Assembly: GCA_011109175.1 (NCBI GenBank)
Contig: RDEW01000006.1
Location: forward strand, 657,232-721,231
Source of the DNA: Dicyema japonicum
Lineage: Eukaryota > Animalia > Dicyemida
Length of the DNA: 64,000 nt
Reading direction: 5' to 3'
Numbering within the stretch: the first letter of the stretch is position 1; every line of letters starts with the position of its first letter. Position numbers and translations under genes: made by a program. The notes under the pieces were generated by a model, which did no database searches, had not been told where the DNA came from, and worked only from the letters and a program-made list of their open reading frames with translations. This document shows positions 1-11,660 of the stretch, one piece after another.

Positions 1-2127
1 GACCATCCAAACCTCAGCAGTCTCAGCAAGTAACGTGTAAAACACAGCTTTATTCTTCTTAGAAAGCATCTTTTGATGTTCGCTACACATATTCTTAATA
101 TCTTCCCTATCAAGATCAGCCACAGAACACCATCGAGAGTCATCCTTTAACAGAGAGACCACATCCTCAAAATCCATTTTATGACTCTTAACCTAACAAT
201 CACACGTGACCATACCAATTCTGACAACATACACGTTAACTTTTCCTTAGCTTCTGCCAACTGATGCAATCTACGTTCCTTATCAATCTCACGCATAGAA
301 GTGCTCAGAGACTCCTGTACTTCCATTTGACGTTCCCGAAGACTTTTAGCCTCTCTTTCCTCTTTACTATTAATCACCTCAACATCCATCACATCAGGTG
401 GGTTCTCCTATCATAATCACGTGCACCCATACCGATTGCTTAGAACTCGTCTCCAGTGAGTGAATATAATCCTCAAACAAATCTGCTCGTCGATCACTGC
501 TACTGATTGCCTTATATCGGGGATCAGAGTCAATTCTACGTTTGACATCTCTCCATCGATCACCAACTGATATGTTCGTCTCCTTCAGTAGCTCGACAAA
601 CTCTTTCGATCGAGAAACCTACTATAACAAAATCATCAACCTTCACTCCTTCAGACTTCTCCCGTCTGTGCTTAAGTTCACTTACAAAATCGTAAAACAA
701 TGACTCTCGGTCACGTGTCCTATCAACCCCTGAAATCTGCTGTCTTTGGAAGAACGTGCAGCAAATTCTGAGTAAGTTGATCTAAACATAAATCAAAAGT
801 TAACCGATGAGTAAGATTAGCCTCCCCTAATAGTTCCCTGAAGTCTTCCTTACGTTTTTTATGCTGTTTATTCCGTTCTGATCTCTCCGCCTCAACCTTA
901 TCCTTCACATACTGTTCAAACACGTGTTGTCGTTCCTTGCTTAGCAATAATGTATAACGTTTATCAAAAACTATTTTCTGTAATTCTTTCTCAAACGTAG
1001 AATTCGTTGAAACCTAGAGTAAACAAAAATGAGCCAACGTTCTTTTCCGCTAACAACTCCTTGAACTGCTCTACTCGTTCTGCGTACGGTAGTGTCGACC
1101 TGAGATTGCTCACCTTCTTTTCCTCTTCCACATTCGTTTCAGCCTTATTGGAGTCAACATCAGTCCGTTTACTGCTACTGGTCTCCACCAGTTCCTCTCC
1201 AGCACGTTTGACCGCTAAATCTGAGTTTATCATGCTACCGGTGTCGTCGTGAACTAAAATAAATCAAATACATACGTTCGATTGGTCGTTCCACTCCTCC
1301 TCCAATTTTGGTTTGTGTTTGATCAACTGGGACACGTCCTTTCTACCCCTTAGTTCGTCAGGACAGTGCCACACCGATCGCTTCTCTACCACGTCAAAGA
1401 AAAACACTCGGTCATCCCCCGTCCACACGACCGACCTTAGGCTTAAACAGAGTCTCTACCAGTTAGTCCCAGACACCAATGTCTTACTGACTGGCTTCGT
1501 CTTATCCAACACTTGCCTAATGGCTGCTTGCTAGAGGATTAGACAGAACACATATACCCTTGACTCATCATCCCTGGAAGAATCTACACGTGACACCACA
1601 AAGTACCATATTTCTGAGCAGCAGGTTTCTCCCACACAGTGTCCCCGATATTTTGTTATAGTAGTACGGGGTACCGTCAGAAACATAGTAAACCAACCAG
1701 GTTGGGTTCTCGGGTAGAGGCTTAAATGTTTAAGAACAATACCATTCCCGGGTTCATGGTGGTTGTTGATGGTACATACTGTTGTTGCATGGCCATGTAC
1801 TGTTGGGAAAGGACTTGGGACTGCTGATAGGCCATAAAGGACTGGTTGGCCATGTCGTTTTGGTAAACGGTCATCCCTTACTTATTTATCAGCAAAAACC
1901 TTGGTAGGGATTCATCACGGTCGTTTGATATGGATTGGTAGCAGCATTCTAAAAATAAGTTCAGTCATTACCGTGTTGGAGATCGATGAATGAGTAGCTG
2001 CCTGGGAATATGGGATAAATCGGGTGATACATGGAGGCGTTGAGGGTGGTGGGGGAAGAGATAGATGAGAATTCATTGCAGTGGTAGATCTCGATAATAA
2101 ATATAGATTACTGTTTATTTTCATCAT
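1..2127 (-). CDS. TCERG1: Transcription elongation regulator 1 (CA150/TCERG1), multi-exon, runs off the left edge
   Basis: Pro-rich N-terminus. WW domains YYVSDGTPYYYNKISGDTVWEKP and VVWTGDDRVFFFDVVEKRSVWHCPDELRGRKDV (TCERG1 WW3-like). FF-domain segments AERVEQFKELLAEK and KERQHVFEQYVK. GT-AG intron of 22 nt at 1254-1275. Confidence 0.9.
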
Positions 2128-2619
2128 TATTTTCTGTATTTTCTATTGAATTAACCTGAGATTGCGCAGAATCAGGCACATTTTGATCAACTAGGCAACT
2201 ATTACTCATCAAAATATAGCGTTGTTTAAAATAAAATTGAATTTATTTTAACAAATTAATATTATTAAATTAATTAAATTCGCATAATTATGATTAAATT
2301 TCTATTGAAAATTTATGAAACTCTGATAGTTCAGCAAACACGTAAGCGACGTCATCTCCTCTTCCAAACGAAAACTAAATTTTTGTAAAAACGCTACTTG
2401 GATACTACAAAAGCTGTCTCCACTCAACATTAAGCCACCTTTTTACGCAATACATACAACTGATAATCAGCTACTGTTGTGCGGCAGGGGGTACTAACCT
2501 ATCCAACCTAAAGAAAATAAACTCCTTCCAAGAAATAGCAACGAGGGCCCTACAAAGGTTTTCCTCTCCTCTAAAGCCAACCCTGTTCGAGGAACTTGTG
2601 AGGAGGACGAGAGCACCGT

Positions 2620-2740
2620 TGAAACCTCAAAATTTCCGAAAATTGATTCACCTATACAGGAAGTGTGTCGGCGCTCGGGAAGAACACCGAAAAAAGATGA
2701 GGCGGTTTTAAGGAGGCCGGGATCACTTGACGGCCCCCAC
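2620..2740 (+). repeat. 5'-truncated LINE 3'-end fragment (GGGATCAC family)
   Basis: gaagaacaccgaaaaaagatgaggc...ccgggatcacttg resembles 20100-20170 and the reverse of 62340-62430. Confidence 0.45.
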
Positions 2741-2853
2741 TCTCTTTTATTTTGTCGGTAATTTTAGGTTTTAAAATAAAATAATCAATTACTTTTTTTG
2801 GTTAAGCTGGCTCTTACATAAATGCATGGAAAACATGAAATTCATGGTTAGAC

Positions 2854-3132
2854 TTGTCTCTCTCAGCGTTCAATGTCAGGGGGTTCTGGAGTCATTCCAG
2901 ACTGCCGTCCAACATTCTTTATAAGAGAACGAGGAGTACAACGATTTCGTGCGAGATCTTGGAGACAATATGGAGGCTGTTAGGGCATATACATTGTCTG
3001 GACTTGGCGAAGGCGACCATGGAGGCTCCGCGTTTCCGTAATCGACTGAGGGCAACTCTATCAATCGTCTTTGATGAAGACCTTAACATGCTGCGACACA
3101 TGACAGAGTCGTCAGGGATAGAAGTCAACTAG
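2854..3132 (+). mobile_element. Degenerate non-LTR reverse transcriptase fragment
   Basis: RSTT...HCLDLAKA resembles the LINE RT LDxxKAFD region. Short and divergent. Confidence 0.3.
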
Positions 3133-3479
3133 TAGTTTGATTTTTTTCGTTTTGTTTCATCCATTATGAACTTAATTTAACTCCTGGTGTGCTCAAAATG
3201 ATTTTTTTTTCACTAAGCTACGCCTGGCTGACGAGTGACGCCGTCATCACTATTTCGGTACTGATGCATTATTCTTCCGAAAAAGGAGACCGATATCAAG
3301 TTCTCTCATAGTTGTCCCTTGCAACGTCATCTCACGGTGATTTAGAGTGATAAGTAGGGAAAATTGTTTCTAGCACCCAAAAAAATTTATTAGCCCTAAA
3401 AAGCACTTATAAGAAAAATTGCTTAGGAGTACTGTAATGCACAGTTCCCAGTGTTTCATCACTGCGGAACAGGATTGTC

Positions 3480-4780
3480 TTCTGAGACTCACACATAAAC
3501 AAAAAGACGAGAACGAGAAGTCAAGACCATTTCCAATGCCTTTGATTAATTAGCACGACTGTCCTTACTTCTTAATAAAGTGGGAGTTCTGCCTCAGATG
3601 AGGTTAAGTAATGGAAGCATTACTACTCCTTGACGGAAGGGTTGCTTATGCTTAAAGATAATACTCAGTTCCATTAAAGGAAATGAAATGGAAAATTCCA
3701 AAGACCATGGTAACATCAAACAAACTACACACGTGATCCAGGAACGCTCCAACAGAATCCTCAACAATGTTAATCCCTCGAACCCAACAAGCACATCTCA
3801 CCCTTACAGTTGCATGTTCGTAATCGCATGGGCCGCTCCTCAGTTCATGCGGATTAGGAAACCCAGAGGTCTTGAGAAGGGACCTTTCCACAAGTCCATC
3901 GCTCCGTAACTATACATGCCTTTTTGACTGGTTTTTATCTTCATGAAATTTGTCCAAGAAAGAAACGGGCCACAGGAAGCACACGCATAGGAGATGCATG
4001 GTTCGATGAACTGTTTGTAGTTAGAGTTCAGGACTGGATTGTTTATTCTGATAGGCCGGATTTTCTCATATTTGATAATCACGTTTATGACATGCTGATG
4101 AAAACACACATGCATGTCGAATGTGACTCCCAGAATTTTCTGGTGTTTGCTATATGGGATTTCTGCATCATCCACTTTTAGTTCTACCGTCCATCTGCTT
4201 AGATTTCTATCGGAAGTGTTAATCAAGGGGCTTCGAATAACATGGTGACTGATTTCTCAGAGCTAATTGATAGGCGGTCCTCTAACCAAACGTTAAGACG
4301 GTCGGGGTGATGTTGCAATCTTGATGTTGTAACCAGAATATCTTGATCTCGTGAGACCAGAAAAATGTTATCTGGATAAGTTAGTAGGATGTCGTTATCG
4401 TTTTCTGGAATGAGAAGATCGGCCGTGAATGGGTTGAGCAATAAAGGGGATTGGGTGATCCTTGGAGGACGCCATTCGGAAGAAGTCATGATGCCGATCT
4501 TAAATCTCCAAAACAAACACCTCCGACCACTAAGGAAATTAGCCAAACATAGTTTAAGGTTTTCAGGGATTTCCGATTGGAATATTTTCCAAGTTAAGTT
4601 TTTCCCAGCACCGAGTCAAGGTTTTGTGAATATCCACGGAACAAAGCACCGTCTTCAGATGTCTGGGTTTGTTTAAAAATCCTTTGCGGATAAAATCTGA
4701 CAGAACAGTTAAATGAGTGGAAGTTGAGCGTTCTGTTTTGAACACGTGTTGAAATGACATTGCTGGTAGAACATCGTTGA
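3480..4780 (-). mobile_element. Degenerate LINE (Ingi/Vingi/I-group-like) RT and 3' end
   Basis: Broken frames give QSPLLLNPF, LLTYPDNI (YADD remnant), KILGVTFD, YKQFIEPCISYACASC and C-terminal FLDHV. The 3' UTR is repeated at 9660-9830. Confidence 0.8.
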
Positions 4781-5074
4781 TTTTTGAAAAAAAATTAGTT
4801 TTTAAGTTTTGACATTGAACATAGGAATGAGACAGCCATGAATGAGACTGGCTTTTCTTTCTGTCTCCCAGGTTTCAGAATTGGTCGTATATGATCAAGC
4901 TTCCAAATTGCTGGTATGACTTGTTTGTTAACCGATCAGGTGTTAAACAGTCTTGTTAGGACGGCAATTCGTTCCCTGATATTTCAGTAAAATAATGGGA
5001 ATCTTATCAGAACCGTAGGAGGGAGTTTTTCTAGTCTGTTTTAGCACATTTCTTACGTTTTTTATGGTAAAATA

Positions 5075-6265
5075 CACTCGACCCTCGCAAATTGGCCACA
5101 TTTTGAAAAAAAATTCTTAGTGAAAAATCATATTCTCTTTATTAATTGGCCATAATTTTTAATTTAATTTTTTAATAATAATTGGAAAAAAATATAAATT
5201 TAATTAACACATCATCCAACTCCTCTCGTGGGCGCTATACTCGGCTTATTTTTAATGAAAAAACTCAATTAATTATAAAGAAAATGATGTTATTTCGTGA
5301 AGCAGTTAGCTGATAGATTCACAAACATGTTTCGAAAGTCTAAACGGAGAAATTGAATAAATAATCTTTTACTGAGACACTATTTTGAAAGATTCAAAAA
5401 GTTATCACCCGTCTTTTAAAGCTGCACATAAACCAAAGTTTCCAAAACTTGAAGAGAAGTTGGTTGGATGGAGGTAGAGTCTATAGGATAAATTCAAATA
5501 GAGAAGTGGATTCAGAATGCTCAAGTTACACGGAGAAATGCGAACAGATGAATCTGCCGACATTGAATCCTTTCTTGAAGAATTCAAAGAAATTTCAAAA
5601 GCACATAAACCCGACCAAATCTATAATCTGGAAGAAATTGGACTATACTGTATGATCATTCCATCGAAAAGCTGCAGAAACAGATTTCAAGGTTACAAAA
5701 ATTTTGAAGACCGCGTCTCAGTTATGTTTTGTTCAAACATGAGGGGAACGCATAAATTGATAACCAGACGCAAGTTAATCTATTTGACGGAATTAATGGA
5801 AACACAAAATATTTTGGTATACAATTCTTACAGGAAATTGAAACCAACAAATACGGTCTTTTTTACAAAAATGGCTTAGGAAGACGTATCCGGAGACACG
5901 ATCAGGAATTTTTTCAAAGTTTCGAATAACTCCAATAATGAAATTTGTGAAATTAGTGATACAGCAATCAGAACAGACATTTTCGATCTTTTCAAAGTTG
6001 AGGATTTTTTAAATATCGAATACACGAGAAATTAAAATTCTTTCTATAATTTCTTTAATAAGAAAGTACAAAGCAAGTATTATTGAAGGAAAGAAAAAAG
6101 TTAGGAATTACATTTTATTTTAATAAAACTTAAATACGTTTTTTTGTTTATTTAAGGTATTTTTTAATTATTTGTTCATTGATCTGCAAAATTATTGATT
6201 TTATTTTTTTCTAATTGGTCACAAATTTAAGTAACCAAAAATGGCCAATTTGTGAGGGTCGAGTG
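5075..6265 (+). mobile_element. pogo/Tigger DNA transposon, internally deleted
   Basis: 24-bp TIRs CACTCGACCCTCGCAAATTGGCCA (5075-5098) and TGGCCAATTTGTGAGGGTCGAGTG (6242-6265), one mismatch, flanked by TA on both sides. Transposase remnant IYNLEEIGLY...GYKNFEDRVSVMFCSNMRGTHKL (DDE_1-like). Confidence 0.9.
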
Positions 6266-6399
6266 TATGTCGATTATGGCTTTTTCTTTGGTTTTCTGAG
6301 GCAGTGAGGGGGTGGATGACCCTTTATGTCTTTGTGGGCGATTTTGACATAGAATTTGGTCAGCTTGTTTAGATCATCTAAGTTGTAATCTTAGTTATG

Positions 6400-6950
6400 T
6401 ATCTTTTCGGCGGTAATTGTATTGTGTGTAATGAACGACCAAATCGTGCTTCTGTTTTTCCCCGGAAAAAATATGTCTTTATCATGCTTAGATTCAAACT
6501 CCTTGTTCCCTAACGCCACATACAACGTTCGAGGCCTCTCATTTCTATTCAAGAAGGAACAACTATCTGAAGATCTGTCACGTTACAAAATCAACATCTG
6601 CTGCTTACAAGAGACAAAAAATGCCCTCGGATGCGAAGGAACCTTTGGAAACTACCGGATTATCTTACTCCCATCAGACAGTCGTCAACAGCAGAAGGAA
6701 ATACGTTCGAAACTGGGAAGTTCAAATTCGAATAAAAGTGCATCAGAGAAAACGTAATCAAATATCACATTTGATAAGAAAACGATCGAATGACCTCTGC
6801 CACAAATATTTGGACGACAAGGCGACTGAAATTGAAAACTGTCGGGATGGAAGACGAATGTGAGCCAGGATGGTGAGGATGATGTCTGTAAAGCATGGCT
6901 CAAGCGAAAACCTTTTGAGGCTACACGAAATTGCTTGTAACTAACTAACT
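6400..6950 (+). mobile_element. RTE-clade LINE, internally deleted derivative
   Basis: APE N-terminus ATYNVRGL...INICCLQETK, then a linker fragment, then a 3' tail ending in (TAAC)n. The 5' and 3' parts are shared with 62660-62895. Confidence 0.75.
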
Positions 6951-8029
6951 GAAAAAATAAAGGGATTTTTCAAAATCTTGGATATTTTAATCGCTCTAGT
7001 GAAAAGAGCAACTAATAACTCTCATATTGTAAAACAAACACATCAATAAGCGGACCCCCACCATCAAATCCATAAATCTTGTTTTCAACGTGGTTTTCGT
7101 GGCTGTATTCTTTGTCAACAAACATAGATTTGATTTTGTTTCTCTGAAAATGCTTACAAAAAGAATCTTTGATAAGATATTAACCCCAACATCTTGGAAT
7201 GACTCTCTAACTTCTGGAATGGACAAGCAATCTACAATAACATGAAATCGTAGACATGTTTCCTGTCCAATGGAGTTTCCAAAAATTATTCATTTTCGTC
7301 GGCATTCTTGTAAAAGGCACTAAAACATCGAACCAAACGATATACGTCAAATATTCTTAAGTCAAGGACACTCGCTAGATATGGAAAGTCATCAATGACC
7401 ATTTCCCGTTCTTCCTTGAATAAGCCTCACTCTCTTGGTTCAGATTAATGGCCATGTTTTTACCAGAGTCATAACCTCCAACAACTTATTAGACACAGGA
7501 ACAAATTCTCTTTGGGAAGTTTTGATTGCACATCTGTGCTCAACAAGTGTACTCTCTGGTGTCTTCCTAAGCGCGTAATTTTGGTGGTAATCATGCCGGA
7601 CTGAAGCTGACGCTTGTATCGTGCTTAGTTGTGGTTTCGACTTCCATACCGTCATTTTCTTGGTATAAGGATTCCTTTCAGCCCTCTTCAATTTGCCTTT
7701 TCCCTCTTTTAGGAAATTTCAAAATACGAACAAACTCGGACTCTTTGACCACTCATCCCGACCTATCCATATTCTTTCTTAATGGGATTTGTCTAGTTTA
7801 TGCTCCAGCTCAATTTGAGGGACATATAAATGTTCCTAGCAATCGCCGTTGGGCGCTTGAAACCCTCTCCTCTCCCAAAACTGAAGTTTGAATAAATAAG
7901 TTACCCTCATTAATGAAAAATGTCAAATCAATAAAAAATTATTTATTTTTTTACAGCGAAAACATTATTTTTTGGGTCCATCCACTCATTAATTGTTTCA
8001 CGTATTGACTTTTCATTCTGACTGTCCAA

Positions 8030-8240
8030 ATTCCGACTCTGGCGAACGGAGAAAACTGAAAAAATACTTGGTTGTTGGAGAGTCTCAACTTTGTCCAAAT
8101 CTTATTCGAAACCTCTAGAACGTTAGGGAGAATAAGTAAGGATGCTGTAAACTAATTAGGAAATGGAATCATTACTCAGAGACCCTTGCGAATGGAATGG
8201 TTTTCTTCTTTAGAGACTCTTCTTTATGATTACCTTTAGG
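8030..8240 (+). mobile_element. CRE-clade retroelement RLE fragment
   Basis: ERRKLKKY...NFVQILFETSRTLG matches the KxxKY...FxPxxxETxG end of the restriction-like endonuclease. Confidence 0.6.
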
Positions 8241-8424
8241 ACGTTCCACTTTATTATTATCATTGAACCAGAAAACCACCATCATAACCAAAATAAATTT
8301 CAAGTGATCCCGGCCTCAAAATTCAGGTGACTTTTTTTAATAACAATTAATTTATAAAATTTACAAAATATTATTGAATAACAATTAAGCTCTGAATTAT
8401 CAATTAATTTCCTCGGGATATTCT

Positions 8425-8695
8425 GGTAAACCTGGCTCGTCTTCGCTGCGGTCACCATGTGGGTCTCACGTCAACCTGTACAAGACCGGGCAGGTTAAAG
8501 TCTCCACTCTGCCCTTCGTGTAACCTTGATGACCACTGGACAGATCACTTTTTCTTGTGTCCTGAACCGCCTTCTATGTCTTCCTTTCACGTGATCAATT
8601 TTTTGGATCTCTGGGAAAGTCCGTCATTGATAGTTACATTTGTGTTAGCCATCGGTTTCCTTCACTTAAAGGGACCGGGGATAAATAAATTATCA
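8425..8695 (+). mobile_element. Ingi/Vingi-like LINE C-terminus and 3' end
   Basis: LARLRCGH...LCPSCNLDDHWTDHFFLCP...DLWESP zinc-knuckle C-terminus. Ends in CCGGGGATAAATAAATT. Confidence 0.75.
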
Positions 8696-9107
8696 ATTAA
8701 TATTAGTTATCTCAATTTTAACTAAATTACTTAATAATTAAATAATGAATTAAATAATGAAACCTAAAATTTAAATTTTAAATAAATATACTGTCAAAGT
8801 ATAACACTATCTTCGTTTCTTGTTGCATAACCTTGCGATTCTTTTTCAATATTTCAAGTGACCAATGACACCACGTAGATGAGTCATATGACCAACAGCA
8901 GGAGAAATCTTGTTCTGGACATTGGAGTCACTTAAATTAGACGATTACCCTCTTTATTGTGGTACCGGGGTTAATAAATTGAACATTATACGCCTCCCTA
9001 GAGAAAAATAGGAGGTTTTATCCAATCCTGAGTTAGCTAACAATCAAACAGAGACTTAATTATAAACAAAACCAAACATTATAAGAAAAGAAAATTAACT
9101 AATACTT

Positions 9108-9499
9108 TCAGCTGTCGGCAGGCTTTGAATCAAAAGTAGTTGATGGGCTTTTCGTACAGACAGTACCTGCACGTGAAAAAATAACCCCTTTTAACAGTTC
9201 ATTGAAGTCTTCGTCAGATCTGGCAGTTTTTGAATGTGTTTTGGAGCTATGATCTTCTTGGTTTTTTTGGCTTGATCTCCCGACAATTCGAGCAGTTCTG
9301 AGTTCAAATAGTCCAAAATTCCCGCTAAATAGACTGCAGCACAATCCTTAACTACAAGTCCAGTGGTTTCTAATAAACTAAATAAATCTTTCCTACTTTT
9401 TAATGCACGCTTCAAACGGGAAACAGGAAACACAACATTAGCACTGGAAGAAAGTTTACTTCCAAATGAAGACTTTTCGTCAAAAGATCCCCCAGACAT
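9108..9499 (-). CDS. Divergent histone H2A variant (macroH2A-like histone fold, no macro domain seen)
   Basis: VVFPVSRLKRALK...AAVYLAGILDYLNSELLELSGDQAK...PKHIQ, then DEDFNELLKGV after a one-base shift in an A-run near 9235. In-frame 27-nt GT-AG intron at 9370-9396. Confidence 0.85.
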
Positions 9500-10919
9500 A
9501 AAACAAACAGTTAAAACAATAAAAATGAAGTTACGCAATTATTTTGTTAAATTGGTTTTGAGTTTTTTAATTTCATGAAATTTTTAAATTTACAAATTCC
9601 ATCGAAACCATCGATGATTTTTTTTATTTTGTTTAAAATTAAATATTTTTTAAAACATTGCCTCATCGCTGCAGAACCTGAATGTCTTAGTGACTCACAC
9701 GCAAGCAAAAAAACGAGAGGTTAAGGACACCTTCGATGCCTTGGATTAATTAGCATAACTATTATTTACTTCTTAAAGTGAGTTCTGCATAAGCTGAGGT
9801 AATGGAAACATTACTAGTCGGCGGCGGAAAGGCTGAATTAATTTTATTAGTAAACAAGCTGTGCAATTTGCTCCGCTCACAGCCAACTTTTCTATTCTTA
9901 TTATTAATGTTATTTTAATTTATTAACTCAGAAATCACGAGAAAAGGGATAAGAGTTATCGTCTAATTAAGTGATCCCGGTGTCCATACCACTCCTTTTC
10001 CTGCGGTTAGTTTTGGAATCTTGGATTAATCTCTACAGCGGGGAAGGTTTCTTCTCGTATCTCGGGCAGGCGTCCAGATATAGTTTCATTTCCGGCCCGA
10101 GGGGATGGTCAGGGGAATTTGCCATCTTGAGAAAGTCCCGGTGGCGTTCCATAAGGTATTCCATGATTGGGAGGACGTTTCATGCTCTCAGTAGTAACGA
10201 AATGGACGTCTTTTTCAACGAATATTCTGAGACATTTGTTTTGTAGCACTTTCAGCTTGCTCTGTGCCGATAGTGATAGCGGGGCAATCCATGCAGCACA
10301 GGCGTACTCGATACTCGGTAGAACAAATTGTTTGTATAGAAAAGGCGGAGGAATAAAAAATGGCCCGCGGGTAAATTAGTAAAATATTTTTATATTTATT
10401 TTACCTATTATTAAAAATTAAATAAATTTCTAAACGTGTTAATAGAAAAGAATAAAAAATTTTCAAACTCGTACATTTAATGCAGATTGGACTATTTCTT
10501 TATTGAGAATAATGGAAAACCTACAATATAGGATTAATGGAAACCCAGGTTGTTATCAAATGGATTACTTGAAATTCAATGCGACACTACACTTAAAATA
10601 TCTTTCTGGGTTGGATATTTTGAGCTTCTACAAAAATTTGTGTGTCAAAAAATATCCACATTTAATCGACAATGGTAAGAAAATGGTTTCTATATTTGGA
10701 AGCACATTTTTTATGTACACAGTTATTCTCCAAAATGAATAATGTAAAAAATTGTCTAAGAACGAAAATGACCGATCCGCATATTAACGATATACAGTAA
10801 AACCCCTAGAATCCGCCGCATTTTTTCAAAAATACAAAATTCCCATGAGAAATTCTTGAATCCGCCGCATTTTTAAAAATAATTTTTTTCATTTTCTTAT
10901 TATTTTTATTTTTAATTCA

Positions 10920-11010
10920 AATAACCGCGAAAGCCGCTGGCTGTTTGAGCGAATTTAGCTCGCAATTCTGAGAGGGAACAGCCACGCAGTGAGGGTGGCA
11001 GCTAACTGAT
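10920..11010 (+). mobile_element. CRE-clade 3' fragment
   Basis: WLFERI*LAILRGNSHAV, nearly the same as the 3' end at 33790-33845. Confidence 0.6.
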
Positions 11011-11089
11011 GTTTTGTCCTTTTTTAATAAATTTCAATTTATTTACGAAAATTTCAAAAGTTTATTAACAATAAAATATTATTTATTAA

Positions 11090-11660
11090 CTATGGGGGAG
11101 AGCGGCTGCTGACATCACGGAGGAAGCGTTTCCCGAAAAATTGCGATACCAATTCTTTGCCTCAGCCAGACCGCTTCCCGCACGTCTTTCTTGCGGTGGG
11201 CCAATTTTCCCCCGATTTCCTTTAGGAAAGAGGCTGTAATACTTCCGGCCGCACCAGACGTCTCGATTGCTACCGGTACAAAACGGTAGCGGTCTCCAAT
11301 TTCGCCATATTTTTTAATCTTGATTTTCTCGGCCAGATCGGCTGCCGATTCAGCAGACTGCGCCGAGCTGAGCATCATCGAGTTCGAGAAAGAATCCACA
11401 ACAGTGCAGTCCCATACGAGCGATTTTCCCTCAGTGAACGGAAAGATAGTTAACCCATCCGGTCTTTTCCTATCTCCGCGGTCCAATCCCACAGGCTCCA
11501 GTACTGCCGGGAAGCCTGCCGCTTCAAAAGCTCGCAAGACAATGTTGTTCATAGCAGCATGGAGGGTGCTCTGCCCGCGCTCCTTTTGCACGAGAGCGGG
11601 TGCAGCCTTTTGGCATCGACGATCCCTCCACAGCGACATTGGTGTTCGACGCAAACATCA
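11090..11660 (-). mobile_element. CRE-clade retroelement RLE domain, 5'-truncated
   Basis: HAAMNNIVLRA...LEPVGLDRGDRKRPDGLTIFPFTEGKSLVWDCTVVDSF...AEKIKIKKY...FVPVAIETSG. Confidence 0.9.

Noticed and set aside
1345-1365. Minus-strand CTGACGA...AGAAA hammerhead-like string
   Set aside because: Lies in the TCERG1 WW3 coding sequence (PDELRGRK) and stem II is not viable.
3228-3262. CTGACGA followed by a GTGAC/GTCAT stem (hammerhead-like)
   Set aside because: No GAAA after stem II and no stems I/III could be formed.
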